A stretch of DNA of 64,000 nucleotides. It comes from Octopus sinensis. Taxonomy: Eukaryota. The notes beneath the pieces were generated by a model, which worked only from the letters and a program-made list of their open reading frames with translations, made no database searches and was not told where the DNA came from. Position numbers and translations under genes: made by a program. Location: positions 12,896,001 to 12,960,000 of the forward strand of contig NC_043013.1 of assembly GCF_006345805.1 (NCBI RefSeq), written 5' to 3'. Below, one piece after another: positions 27,930-41,217 of this stretch (positions within the stretch are counted from its first letter, which is position 1; each line of letters begins with the position of its first letter).

Positions 27930-28570
27930 TAAGCAATAGCTAGCATGTGTGCTTTTCCACTATTATACTTAGTCACTAATCTACTTCAACCATTAGCTTT
28001 TTCTACTTCCTACACTTAATACTACAGCGATCTCTAACTGGATTTCTGCACATCTCCCCTACTCCACTACCCAGGCCCACTTAAGACATCAAACTGTCCT
28101 ACTCTCATCGCACTTATTCCACTTAATCTCTTTGATCATGCATTCAACTCTGTCTGCTCATTCTCCCAAGAACAAAGGTCTTATAATTCTCTCATCAGTC
28201 ACTTTATTTCATATAGAAACCAACTGAAACACATTTAAACTAAAATTCTGGACTGTTTTTTTTTTTTAATTATTGAAATTGATAATTCAGCTGGAGGGAA
28301 TAAGTGTGGGGGATATGAACCCGTATCTATTTTTTTCAATTATTTTTAGAAGAATTATTATTTAAAATTTAACAATGATTCGTCAAGAAATATTTAGTCA
28401 ATCACATGAACGCAATGGAAACATTTTGGGAGCACTGCTTATTACTACGAGTTATGTCCCCTTGAGAAGATAACATCCGATAAAAAAGAAGTATAAATTA
28501 CTTTTGTCGACGCACAGGTTATTGATAATTTTCTGATTGATGCGGACATTTTTCATGATGCAGACATGCA
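27930..28570 (+). repeat. Duplicated segment; paralogue at 51410-51770 + 55964-56630
   Basis: Near-identical ACTATTATACTTAGTCACTAATCTACTTCAACC... blocks; the second copy is split by a Chapaev3 element. Confidence 0.85.
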
Positions 28571-28590
28571 CTCATACACGCACACACTTA

Positions 28591-28637
<47 letters not shown>

Positions 28638-28689
28638 CTACAAGTCGCGTACTTGATGTGGGAGATTATTTATGGAAAATTCGATGAAT

Positions 28690-31600
28690 ACGATCTCCAA
28701 CTTCGAAGCTGCAACTATCAGCCCTGGTAAATAACTGGTTAATCTTCAAATGAATTAACAGAGGGAGCCCTTTATTCAAGATCGTAATGATTTTCGACTG
28801 AAACTTGAATTTACCAGGCAGGGAGTTACTACAACAACATGGCTGGACACAACATCAACAACAACTCAACAGGTAAGCAGATTCTTTCTAGCTGTAGTTA
28901 TAGAAGAAACCGGAACTACAAAACAAACTTTCCTTGGCGTTGTGAATTGAATACTGATTTATTTAATTGCTACAAAAGACCGAAAACCACGCCGCTGTTG
29001 GATATATGGATCAATTGAAATCATAGTGGGATGATCTGCACTCAGAACGAAACAATTACGTCAACAAGCAACATTTGTGGAAGAAAGTTAGTTACTGTAA
29101 CCTTATTTTAAAAAACAAATATCTAAAATTAACCTTCTCCAAAACAAAATAAACGGAAAAGTGAACGATGTTAGAACACCACGTGATTTCGCTGTTAGCG
29201 ACATTCCAACAGATACTATACAGCCTACCAGCCAAACTACAGCACAGGCTAAAGCAAGAGACCATTGTCCCTCTACTTTGTCAATAGTAAATAGCAGGTA
29301 CAACCGCAACAGTTATTGCAGTAGCAATCAGGATGATATGTCGCTGAAATATGCCCTTAGTGATATCTTTCAAGAAAAAATTAGTTTCGCTTTGAAATAC
29401 TTTCTCAAAGAGAGAGCATTCTCTACTAAAGTAAGCAAAAGACCAACAGACACTGTATTAAAAGCTGTTAATGAAATCAGAAAGTAGCATTTGTGTGAGT
29501 GTAATGAATCCTCATTCTGGCAGATTAACGCCTTTTTGTAGGCCTTGTCTACTACCGCAAAGCAATGCATGAACGACACTCAAAAGCAATAAAACCAAAA
29601 CAACGAAAAAAAATGCTATCGTCGGTTTTGAACTCGGGGAAAAAATAGCTGATGTGCGGAAGACCATCAGCCGTGTGACGATGAGTGTGTGATGCCTGTG
29701 GGTAGCGAAAAGAAAACATTCAATTACAAACTGGTCACCCCTCAAGCAGGAGTTAAAAGCATAACCGAAAGAAAAATAGTTAACAAGATTTAACCGGAAC
29801 CAGGCAGTAGTATACAGAGAGATGAGAGGAGAAGCAAGTGAACATCACAGAAGTTCCTTCACGAGAAGACATAGACTCCTTTTGGCGGAAAATCTGGAGT
29901 GAAGAGATGAAGTTTAATCGAGATACTCTGTGTGGGTGGAAGAAATTCGAAGAAGTTATTACCCCTGCGTTACACCCAAGACATACAACATTGATGGGGA
30001 TACTCTTGTGACTGTAATCAAGAAACGTCAGGATGCAAAACTCCCAGAAGAGACTTGATAGATGGATACTGGGACAAGAAGCGAACCTTCTACTGACCAT
30101 ATCTTATCAGCCTGCACCAGCATGCTCTCAGAGGAAATAGTAGCATACCACACTGGTTTGCTCTGGCAGAGACGAAACTGCTCCCCTAAAGCAGAACCAT
30201 CCGCATAACGAAAAACTACCGGACAATAGCATGCCAGAACTTAATGTATGAATTATATGTATAAAATGTATATTTAATGTATAAAATATAGTCAAAGCCA
30301 TACTGAACCTGACATCATCGTGGGTCACTATTTTAATGTTAAATACAAGGAGTGATATTATTATCACTGATAGAACACATCATCGCAGCGGCATATTCCA
30401 ACGGGGCAGCCTCTCTCTGATGTTTATATTAGGTTGTCAAGAAAGTTCTTCCGGTTTTTAACCTTTATATTCAGATGCATATATCTCGGCTCAAACAAAA
30501 CTTTATTAATCGAAATAAACACCATCAGAATCAACATACTTTTGCCAACGCGAAACAAGTTCATTTATGACAGTAGCGTAAAAATCCTGCGTTCTGGTGG
30601 CGAAGAAGTTGTTGAAGGCGTGTTTGGCATCGTCTTGGATTTTTAAGCATTTCTCGGGCAGGAAGTTGTCGAGATGCTTGAAAAAGTGGTAGTCGGTAGG
30701 CGACAGGTCTTGTGAGTATGGCGGATGAAGCAGTTTTGTAGCCCAATTTGTTCAACTTCTGCAGGGTCAGTTGTGCGGCGTGCGGCCGAGAGTTGTCGTG
30801 GAAAAGAATTGGTCCTTCTCTATTGAACAATGCTGGCTGTGGTTATCGGAGCTTCTTAAGCATTTCATACATTTGCTGACAGTACTTCTCCGCCGTAACG
30901 GTTTCGCCTGGATCCAAAAAGCTGTGATGGATGAGACCGGCCGCAGACCACCAAACAGTCACCATGGCCTTCTTTTGGTGCAACTTTGGCTTCGGGAAGT
31001 GCCGTAGAGCATTGTCGGCGTCCGGCTACTGAGCTGAGCGTCGATGATTGTCGTAAAGAATTTACTTTTCATCGCAAGTCAGAATCCGGTCGAAAAACGG
31101 GTGGTTCTTGTTGCATAAAAGAAGAGAAGACGACACTTTTGGTTGTCGTTCAATTCGTGCGGCACCCATTTCTCAAGTATTTTTGTTTTTCCAATCTCTT
31201 TCAAGTGGTTGGAAATTGTTACATACGTTACGTCTAATTCAGAAGCAAGCTCTTGAACAGTTGTGCGTGGATTGGCTTCCACTAAGGCTCTTAATTGATC
31301 GTTGTCAACATCCGATGGCCGACCACTACGCTTATCATCTTCAAGACTCTCGTCACTGCTACGAAATTTGTTCAACCACCATTGTGCTGTACGTTCATTA
31401 CTGGTTCCGGGACCAAACGCATCGTTGATATCGCGAGCTCTTTCAGCAGCTTTTCGGCCTACCTTGAACTGGAATAAGAAAATTGTGCGAATTTGCTTTT
31501 TGTCGATGTTGTATTCAACGTTCCGGAAAAAAATGGCCTAATTATTAAAAAAAAAAGATTAAACACTATTAGATAGAGCGAAAAACAGGCTTTAAAATGA

Positions 31601-33000
31601 TATATAAAGTCAGAGTAATTTAACGAAAATTAATTTGAAAATACATTATTTAAAACCAAAATTTAAAATTCCGTAAGAACTTTCTTGACAACCTAATACT
31701 TTCTGTAAACCCTTTGTCATTCATATTGAGGAAGTGTCAGTAGTATCTCATTGGTTCACAAGGTAACAGAAATACCAAAAATACACACAGTTTCTTTGTG
31801 GATGACTTAAAACTACATGCCAAGAATATGCATGAGATGAAAAAGAACCTTGACCTGGTTACGACATTCCAAAACGCTGCGGAGTTGGCATGTGGTCAAG
31901 ATAAATGCTATTATATAGTTGTGAAACGAGGCAAAACTGTATAACAGATAAGCAGCATTTCCATCAATGATTTGACTGTTTTCCCTATATCTGATGAGGA
32001 ATGCTACAGGTACCTAGGGGTGGATGAAAACATATCTTACGGTGGCACCTGTGACAAGACACGTAATCACTAAAGAATATTACAGCCGAATAAAGAAAAT
32101 ATTGATCTCGGAATTCTCTGCAATCAATAAAACAATGGCCCACGGTGTGTTTGCAGTGCTAACACTCATACGAACATTTGGGTCGCTTGACTGGTTGTCT
32201 GAGGGATCCGAGCCATTAATGTAAAAACTCGGAACATACTAGTCAGCACAAATAAATTTCACATCAACAGGGATGTAGACCGCCTCGACCTGAAAGGAAA
32301 ACATAGCGGGAGAGGCTTAACATCGATCCAGGCTGCCTTTGGAAGGATAAGCCTGAAGTCAAAGAAATAAGAACTCACAGTATGGTTGCAGACACAGCCA
32401 CTCATAATAAAAAAAAATACTGGTGGAATGTCTCAGTGAAAAAAAGCTCTATAAAGTGTAAACATAGTAGAGATGACATAGCGATTTGGGATAGAGAAGA
32501 AAAACTGTGTACAGTTATGGAAATCAGCTGCCCAGCAGGTGTTAACATAAAACTAAAGATCAGCAAGAAAGAAAATACCGACGCTGAACTATTGAGAAAT
32601 CTACAGTTACTCTACCCAGATGACAAGTTCAGGTTAATAACTGTAATTATAGGAGCACTGCGATATGTAACATACTGCCTAAATACCAATGCTGAGAAAT
32701 TACGCTTCTCAAAAGCAGAAAGGAGAAAGCTGATTTGAAGACTACAGATTCAAGCCATCACTGGATCTGTAAAACTCCCCAGAGGTTTATCATTTAAGTA
32801 TAGATGCGCATGTCTAGACGTGTAAGTGTATGCATGAGAATACATACACAGAAGAAAACTTACAAATCTACACATGCACTGACTCCTAATCCTGCACATA
32901 TACACGCATACATACATACACACATAAATATGTGCAAAGATAACCTGTTGGCGCTGTTTAAATTCCAATGAAGGAGTCTTGGATCTAGGGTAGAAGACGG
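28690..33000 (+). mobile_element. R4/Dong-type non-LTR retrotransposon, degenerate, interrupted by mariner
   Basis: GIFQRGSLS across the mariner TA site, FVDDLKL, YRYLGVDE, RLE motif RDDIAIWD..MEISCP; 3' end shared with 36930 and 57660. Confidence 0.8.
30429..31696 (-). mobile_element. Full-length mariner (Hsmar1/cecropia-like), inactive
   Basis: TA TSD; TIRs TTAGGTTGTCAAGAAAGTTCTT / AAGAACTTTCTTGACAACCTAA; motifs RSGRP, WVPHEL, HDNSRPH. Confidence 0.95.
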
Positions 33001-33229
33001 TTCTTTCTCTATAGGCAAGAAATCTTGAAGCAAAACTGAATAATGACATACACACATAATAGCTGCTTTCTCGTATACGAGCAAAGCCATTGCTAGAAAG
33101 AATCAGTGAAATAAATCATACATATACACACATACATACATACATACATACATACATGCATACATGCATACGTACGTACGTACATACATATATACATACA
33201 CACACACATGCATAGATAAGAAGTGCGAG

Positions 33230-33840
33230 GTGCAATCCAAGTCTGGTATCTTAAAAGAAGCTTGGATGTGTTGGTGCAGTTGTCGACCCTCTGGATAAAG
33301 GTGTTTGGCGCTGCCGATCTCTGGACAGTAGGGCAAAGGCTCGGATCTGCAGGCCTCTAATCTTCTCTGTCACATTCAATAGTTTCGAGACTCAGACACT
33401 TTCTGCAGCCCTTATGGACCACCTGAACTCTTTTGGTACAAGGGTTAGGGTTAGGGTTTTGGACGCATCGCTGGATTATGGGTTACCACTGGTTGCATTT
33501 CGTACTCAGTCAACGATTCTACTCAGAGAGTGGGCTGCATCTTGTTACTTGTATGATTCGGGAATGTCAGCTGAGGGCATTTGGTCATGTTGCTGGACTT
33601 CTAGAGTTTGATCTTGTGTGTCATGTTCTCTTCTCTGTAGATCCAGATGGAGTGACGGTTCGTGTTGGTTGGACACATGCCTCATGGTCACGGCTAGTGA
33701 TCAAGTATTTCCAGCTGATGGGAACTGACTGGGATACTGCTCAGAGGAATACCCTAATACTCGAGACGATTCGGTAAAATACAGAAAATGGTGAACGCAG
33801 CGATGCACTGTAACGGCGCCTGTCCCCATACCTGACCTGA
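33230..33840 (+). mobile_element. RTE-type LINE 3' remnant
   Basis: IRECQLRAFGHVAG resembles the RTE RRLRWFGHV motif; ends in CCTGA repeats. Confidence 0.55.
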
Positions 33841-34212
33841 CTTAGGATAATAAGATTAATAATGAAGATAATCAAGAAATAGAGTTATAAACAATCACCA
33901 TAAATCATGAAACCTTTTACATGCTCCAGAATAAAGGACAAATCAGAACAACGAGGTTCCGAGATATAAAGAATTATTGGACAAGCCTATCAAACATATA
34001 TCCCAATGATAAGCTACCGAAAGGATATCGCCATAGTCAAGCTTCCACGCAGTTTCCATATGCCAAATTCACTCAGAAGGATTTTATATTCAGTTGCATC
34101 TCGGAGTTCCATGGGCTTCACTTTCTCTCGTGTTTATTCGGTATTTCGTATCAATCGCCTGTTCTTGGACATCAAATGCACTGCTTTGAATGTATGTATG
34201 TGTGTATGTATG

Positions 34213-34243
<31 letters not shown>

Positions 34244-34333
34244 GTATGTATGTATGTATGTATGTATGTATGTATGTATGTATGTATGTATGCATGCATG
34301 CATGTATGTGTGTATATGTATAAATTATAATTG

Positions 34334-34585
34334 AGGATATCTAAAAGATAGCACCATGCTAGAGATAACAGTTAAATCTTGATTTTAAAACCACATCAAT
34401 TATTCATACAGCACCATGGAGAAAAGACAAAGAGACAAATAAACTAACAAAATATTACTGGATATTAATATTTTGCCAGTTCATTTGTCTGTCTTTTCTC
34501 CAAAATGCTGTATAAATACTTGATGTGGTTTTAGAATCAAGTTTTTACTGCTATCTCTAGCATGGTGGTGTCATTTAGATACCCT
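34334..34585. repeat. Imperfect fold-back (about 120-bp arms), MITE-like
   Basis: CACCATGCTAGAGATAACAG..CTTGATTTTAAAACCACATCAA is the inverse of TTGATGTGGTTTTAGAATCAAG..CTGCTATCTCTAGCATGGTG. Confidence 0.85.
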
Positions 34586-34691
34586 TTATCATAATTTCAA
34601 TAGTAATTATTACCTATAAGGTTTTTATTCCCATGCTAGCCACTTGATATGATCGGTATTTTAAATAACGATTTTATCCTTATTTATATAA

Positions 34692-34783
<92 letters not shown>

Positions 34784-35538
34784 CTAAGATCAAAGTCTAA
34801 TATCTACTCTTAACAATTTAATATATATAGGACAGCGGACTCGCGGACTCGCGGTTTCGATGCCCAGATTTGAATATTGTGAATGCTTATTGAGCGAAAA
34901 CACCTAAAGCCCCACGACGTTCCTTCAGGGGTGGTGGCGAACCCTGATGTACTCTTTCACCACAACTTTCTCTCACTTTTTGCTCCTGTTTCTGTTGTAC
35001 CTGTATTTCAAAGGACCAGCCATGTCACACTCTGTGTCACGCTGAATCTCCCAGAGAACTACACTAAGGGCACACGTGTCTTTGGAGTGCTCAGCCACTT
35101 GCACATTAATTTCACGAACAGGCTGTTACGTTGATCGAATCAATAGGAACCCTCGTCGTCGTAACCGACGGAGTGCGACGAGTAGATAATAAATAGATAC
35201 AAGCTCATACAAGCAACACTGAGAAATAAATATGAATACAAAACATAGTTTCCTAAAATACAACATGCGTTTGAAACTCAATAACGCAATCGATGGAATG
35301 TCGATTTCTAATAGTTGCGTAATCTGTATTATTCTGTTGGCTTGCAGGGAACAAAGGAACCTAATCGATATAATCCATTAGAGACAGGACCAAATCGATA
35401 TAATTCATTAGAGATACAAAAGAAATATTTATATTATTCAAATGATAAAGTCAGGTATAAATAAATAGTTCGCTTTCATATCATGATATTTGAAATAATG
35501 ACATGGTATATCTATCCATCTGTCTGTCTCTCTATCTG

Positions 35539-35576
<38 letters not shown>

Positions 35577-35628
35577 TCACTATATATATATATATATATA
35601 TATACATATATATAAATGTATATATATA

Positions 35629-35679
<51 letters not shown>

Positions 35680-36929
35680 TTATATATTTATATATATATA
35701 TATATAAATACACATATTATATATGCATATGTATATGCATGTATGTATGTATATATATATATTAATTTAGAGATAATAAGCCCCTACATCTCACCAAATA
35801 AAAATAATTTTTTATTTTTATTTTAAATACATGCTGTTTATTATTTGGCAACACGTGTTTCATGAGGTACATCCTCGGGTTCCTAAACCACTCCGTGTTT
35901 CCCTGGAACCCCTCCCAAAATTCCACCCCAATCATCAGGCCCTATATAACTTTATCAACGTTCAATACAATAAACTATATTTTAATATTTTTAAACCCTT
36001 AAGTATGTGTAAAATAGGTATGTTTAAATTAGTTTCGCTGGACTCTACAGTACAAGCCATAATTCAGATAAAAATTCAAATAAAGATAAAAAGTTACAAA
36101 GATAAAAGTTACACGAATTACTTTCATTTTTATTCACATTTTTTTTTAGATATTATTAACATAGTATTTGTAAACTTAATTTTATTTGGAACACTATATA
36201 TTACTAACATAGTTGTTGTACATTTTCGTTTTTTTTTTATATAGATTTTTTATTCCTTACTTTATTCGTGTAAATTTTATTGCCGGAATTTTTATTCCCT
36301 AAAAAATAATATGTTTCTAGTGTTTTGTACATGTCCTAAGTTCTCATTAGAAAAGATTAAATGGAACTGAAAAATTTTGACGTTGGCCAACAGAGGTAAT
36401 GAGATTGGCATGGCGATGATTTCCGCTCATTGGTGCCCGTATCGCTGTGACGATGACACCATATCTGATGTTGATGGAGTTCTTTGACCAACAGCATGAA
36501 AGCTTCCAAACACTGCAACATCAGAGAAAGAAGTGTGTGCGCTTCAAGGAGTCCCATGTTGAAAAAAAAATTCATTTGGTTACATTCCATGAAATTAAAC
36601 TGATCAGGCTATGAACTTTTCAGCCGATCCTGGTATCATTGGTTTCAACCATTATTTTGCTAAAACTATCGGTATTCTTGAAACCTTGTGTATGGTACAT
36701 GCATACATGCATACATACACATACATACATACCTATATCCATACATACATACATACAGATATACATACATACATATGCATACATGCATACAAACGTACAT
36801 ATGTACATACATACACCTCACATATATACATACATGCTTACATACATACATACATACATACATACCTAAATGCATACATAAACACACCTTACATGCATAC
36901 ATATGCATATATACATACATGCACGTATC

Positions 36930-37196
36930 CATTCCATCAATGGAACTGTAAACATCTGCAAAATTTTCCAGAATTTATCATTTAAATATTTGTGAGCGTG
37001 TCTAGATATGCCTGGGAATACACACATACAAAACATACAAATCTGCACATATACATACACACATACATACATACATACATACATACATACATACATACAT
37101 ACATACATACATACATACATACATACATGCATGCATACATACTAAAATACGAAAATACCCTGTTGTTGATGTTGAAATTTCAATGAAGGAGCCTTG
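36930..37196 (+). mobile_element. 3'-terminal fragment of the R4/Dong-type family
   Basis: Matches 32755-32985 and 57660-57910, including the internal (TACA)n tract. Confidence 0.7.
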
Positions 37197-37625
37197 AATG
37201 TGTGTGTGCGCGCGCGTGTGTGAAGGAACGTGGAGTAGTGGTTAGGGTGTTTGCTCACAGGATCATTAGATAATGAGTTCGATTCCCAGACCTAGCAGCG
37301 CATTGTCTCCTTGAGCACAACATTACATTTTACGTTATTCTAGTTCATTCAACTGTAAATGAGTAACTCTGTGGCGGAACAACCACTCAGAGTGTCGTCA
37401 TTCGAAAGCAGAAAACAATGGAATGCGCATTGTGACCAGCGATGTATAACAACATTCAATAGTCTGGTCGATTCTGTGATGTGCGCGTGCGTATGTGTGT
37501 GTGAGAGTCTATCATTTAATCTTCTTCCGTCAAGCTAAGTGGATTGTACGTCAATACGTCAATACCTTTTAATATAAATATAAATAAATTAGTAAATTAT
37601 ATCTGGGTCATCTGATAATGATTAA

Positions 37626-37760
37626 TCGATACGAAGTTCATATAATAATCATCCTTCATTAAGAAGATAGATTTATACTAGTAACATCTCCAAATTTACA
37701 GTCATTTCTACTTAGAAAACAGACAAGATGTTGCAGTGGAATTATTTTGAATATAAACTT
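37626..37760 (+). pseudogene. Decayed copy of PAN gene promoter/exon 1
   Basis: Homologous to 1815-1960; ATG at 37728, short deletion, donor GT changed to GA; followed by a SINE. Confidence 0.75.
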
Positions 37761-37774
37761 TTTTTGTTTAATTA

Positions 37775-38170
37775 CTCATTTCTACTAATGGCACAAGGCC
37801 TGAAATTGGCCAAGGGGACTAGTCGATCACATCTACACCTATGTTTGACTGGTTCTTAATTTATCAACGCCGAGAGGATGGAAGACAAAGTCGACCTCGG
37901 CGACATTTGATCTCAGAAAGTAGCAATGGGTGAAATACCTATTTCTTTACTACCCACAAGGGACTAACACAGAGGAGACAAACAAGGACAGACAGACGTA
38001 TCAAGTCGATTATTTCGACCCCAGTGCGTAACTGGTACTTAATTTTTAGTCCCCGAAAGGATGAAAGGCAAAGTCGACCTCGGTGGAATTTGAACTCATA
38101 ACGTAACGGCAGACGAAATACCGCTAAGCATTTCGTCCGTCGTGCTCACGGTTCTACCAACTCGCCGCCT
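37775..38170 (-). mobile_element. tRNA-derived SINE (dimeric/nested)
   Basis: Two AAAGTCGACCTCGG..ATTTGA(A/T)CTC blocks; duplicated at about 39405-39790. Confidence 0.7.
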
Positions 38171-38182
38171 TTTTTTGTTACA

Positions 38183-38912
38183 TCAATATCTATAAAGCTG
38201 AAATGCGAAAAAGTTATTTGTCTCATTTTGGGATGGGAACAGTAGATAGAGTTGGATTGGCGCCAAAATTTACTTGGACATGTAAAAAGAGGCGAGGAAA
38301 CGACTGGACTAGGTTAGACACCCCTATCTCAAAAGCTGTGGTTCTTAGGGTAACAAAACCCAAAGTTTTACAAGTGTTTGTCGTTTTTCACTTTCGGATA
38401 TCACTCTGTCTTCCTCGATCTCTTTCTTTCCTTCCTTTAAACTGCCAGCATGTTGCTGTACGCCGTTAAGAAGTTTTGAATGTCAGCCATGGTGAGTCTA
38501 CTATCCTCAGGTTCTATCCCTTCAAACTTTGGTTTCCAATATTTTTTTAATTTTTATTCAGCTCGCATGTTCGTCTGTCCCTTTTAAATGTTAGTGCTCT
38601 GCTGTCCGCCTTGAAGCAGACCTTTCCGTTGTCACTGCCTGATATTTATGATTGATCTTTCAAAATATTTTCTTTCTCAACTTATTCAAGATCTTTTCTT
38701 CTTTATAAATGGGAGAGATAGATAGAGAAAGATAGAGAGTAAGAGAAAGCGAGGGAGATTCCGAGAGAAAGGAAGAGTAAGAGAGTGGGAAAGTGAGAGA
38801 GAAAGGAGAGAGAAACAAAGAGGGAGAATGTAGCGATAAGAAATAGAAAGGAAGCAAAAGAAAGTAAAAACCAGACACTCACCCGCGCGTAGAGCTTGTC
38901 ACCTAAAGCTAG
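38183..38912 (+). mobile_element. Non-autonomous Helitron-like element A (duplicate at 39805-40522)
   Basis: A|TCAATATCTATAAAGCTG start; GC-rich subterminal CACCCGCGCGTAGAGC and terminal CTAG. Confidence 0.65.
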
Positions 38913-40522
38913 TCAATATCTAGAAAACTGAAATGCGAAAAAGTTGTTTGATTTCTTGGTTATTTGTCTCATTTTGGGATGGGAACGGTTTAAGGGGCGG
39001 TAGATGGGGTCGGATTGGTGCCATAATTTACACCGGGGAGGGTTAAAATGGGGTAGGCAATGGTGTGAGGAGGGTTGTAAGTCGCTCAGGGCTACCGTTT
39101 GGGGAAAATTGAGTTTTATGGGATAGACATGTTGCGCTGTTTGAATAATGGTGGCTTTTCGTGTTGCTGCAGGGGCTAGAGGCGGTTATCTTTAATCTAA
39201 TCTATAAAATGAAGAAGGCGAACGTTGATACAAATTGGATTTTTATGTAAATGGGGCTGGAAGGGGATCCAAATTTACAGGAGCGGGTAACTTGAGGTGA
39301 GAATTGATTGGGAGCTTCCAAATTTACCTCATTTTCTTTCTACTTAGAAAACAGACAAGATGTATGCAGTGGAATTATTTTGATATAAACTTTTTGTTTA
39401 ATTACTCATTTCTACTAATGGCACAGGCTGAAATTGGCCAAGGGGACGATCGATCACATCTACACCTAGGTTTGACTGGTTCTTATTTATCACCCGAGAG
39501 GATGGAAGACAAATCGACCTCGGCGGACATTTGATCTCAGAAAGTGGCAATGGGTGAAATCCTATTTCTTTACTAACCACAAGGGACTAACACAGAGAGA
39601 CAAACAAGGACACACAGACGTATCAAGTCATTATTTCGAACCCCAGTGCGTAACTGGTACTTAATTTTTATCCCCGACAGGATGAAAGGCAAAGTCGACC
39701 TCGGTGGAATTTGAACTCATAACGGTACAGGCAGACGAATGACCGCTAAAGCATTTCGTCCGTCGTGCTCACGGTTCTACAACTCGCCGCCTTTTTTTGT
39801 TACATCAATATCTATAAAGCTGAAATGATGCGAAAAGTTTATTTTTCTCATTGGGATGGGAACAGTAGATAGAGTTGGATTGGCCGCCAAATTTACTTGG
39901 ACATGTAAAAAGAGGCGAGGACCCGACTGGACTAGTTAGACCCCCTATCTCAAAGCTGTGGTCTTAGGGTACAAAACCCAAAGTTTTACAAGTGTTTGTC
40001 GTTTTTCACTTTCGGATATAACTCTGTCTTCCTCGATCTCTTTCTTTCCTTCCTTTAAACTGCCAGCATGTTGCTGTACGCCGTTAAGAAGTTTGAATGT
40101 CAGCCATGGGGGATCTAACTATCCTCAGGTTCTATCCTCAAACTTTGGTTTCCAATATTTTTTTAATTTTTATTCAGCTCGCATGTTCGTCTGTCCCTTT
40201 TAAATGTTAGTGCTCTGCGTCCGCCTTGAAGTGCCACTTTCCGTTGTCACTACTGCTGATATTTATGATTGATCTTATTCAAAATATTTTCTTTCTCACT
40301 TATTCAAGAGCTTTTCTTCTTTATAAATGGGAGAGATAGATAGAGAAAGATAGAGAGTAAGAGAAAGCGAGGGAGATTCCGAGAGAAAGGAAGTAAGAGA
40401 GTGGGAAAGTGAGAGAGAAAGAGAAGAAACAAAGAGGAGAATGTAGCGATAAGAAATAGAAAGGAAGCAAAGAAAGTAAAAACCAGACACTCACACCCGT
40501 AGAGCTTGTCACCTAAAGCTAG

Positions 40523-41182
40523 TCAATATCTAGAAAACTGAAATGCGAAAAAGTTGTTTGATTTCTTTGTTATTTGTCTCATTTTGGGATGGGAACGGTT
40601 TAAGGGGCGGTAGATGGGGTCGGATTGGTGCCATAATTACAACCGGGAGGGTTAAAAATGGGTAGGCAATGGTGTGAGGAGGGTTGTAAGTCGCTCAGGG
40701 CTACCGTTTGGGGAAAATTGAGTTTTTATGTGGATAGACTGTTGCGCTGTTTGAATAATGGTGGCTTTTCGTGTTGCTGCAGGGGCTAGAGGCGGTTATC
40801 TTTAATCTAATCTATAAAATGAAGAAGGCGACGTTGATACAAATGGATTTTTATGTAAATGGGGCTGGAAGGGATCCAAATTTACAGGAGCGGGTAACTT
40901 GAGGTGAGAAATTGATTGGAAATGTTTTTGGGGGGCTACAGTTTGCTTTGCTGTGAAAACGGGGATTTTATTGATTTTTGGGAACACTTGGGGATCTGAT
41001 TGGACACCTTTTGCCCGATTTCCATCAAATTTTCAACATGGTAAAGTGGAAGCGGATTTGTAATTTAAGCGCAGAAAAGGGTTCGAAATTTTGAAAATTA
41101 AGGTAAGATTTAAGAAACAAAGGAAGTTACAGACAGTAACAACCACACCCTCACCCGCTCTACGCGCGGTCACCTTAAGCTA

Positions 41183-41183
<1 letters not shown>
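40523..41183 (+). mobile_element. Non-autonomous Helitron-like element B (truncated duplicate at 38913-39315)
   Basis: TCAATATCTAGAAAACTG start; hairpin-like ACCCGCTCTACGCGCGGT followed by CTAG|T. Confidence 0.65.

Positions 41184-41217
<34 letters not shown>

Larger units (their letters stand above)
37688..40920 (+). repeat. About 1.6-kb tandem direct duplication (37688-39315 / 39317-40920)
   Basis: Collinear copies differing mostly by 1-bp indels. Confidence 0.92.

Noticed and set aside
33441-33458. Telomere-like (TTAGGG) repeats (also about 10644)
   Set aside because: Only two to three units inside LINE remnants; not an interstitial telomere array.
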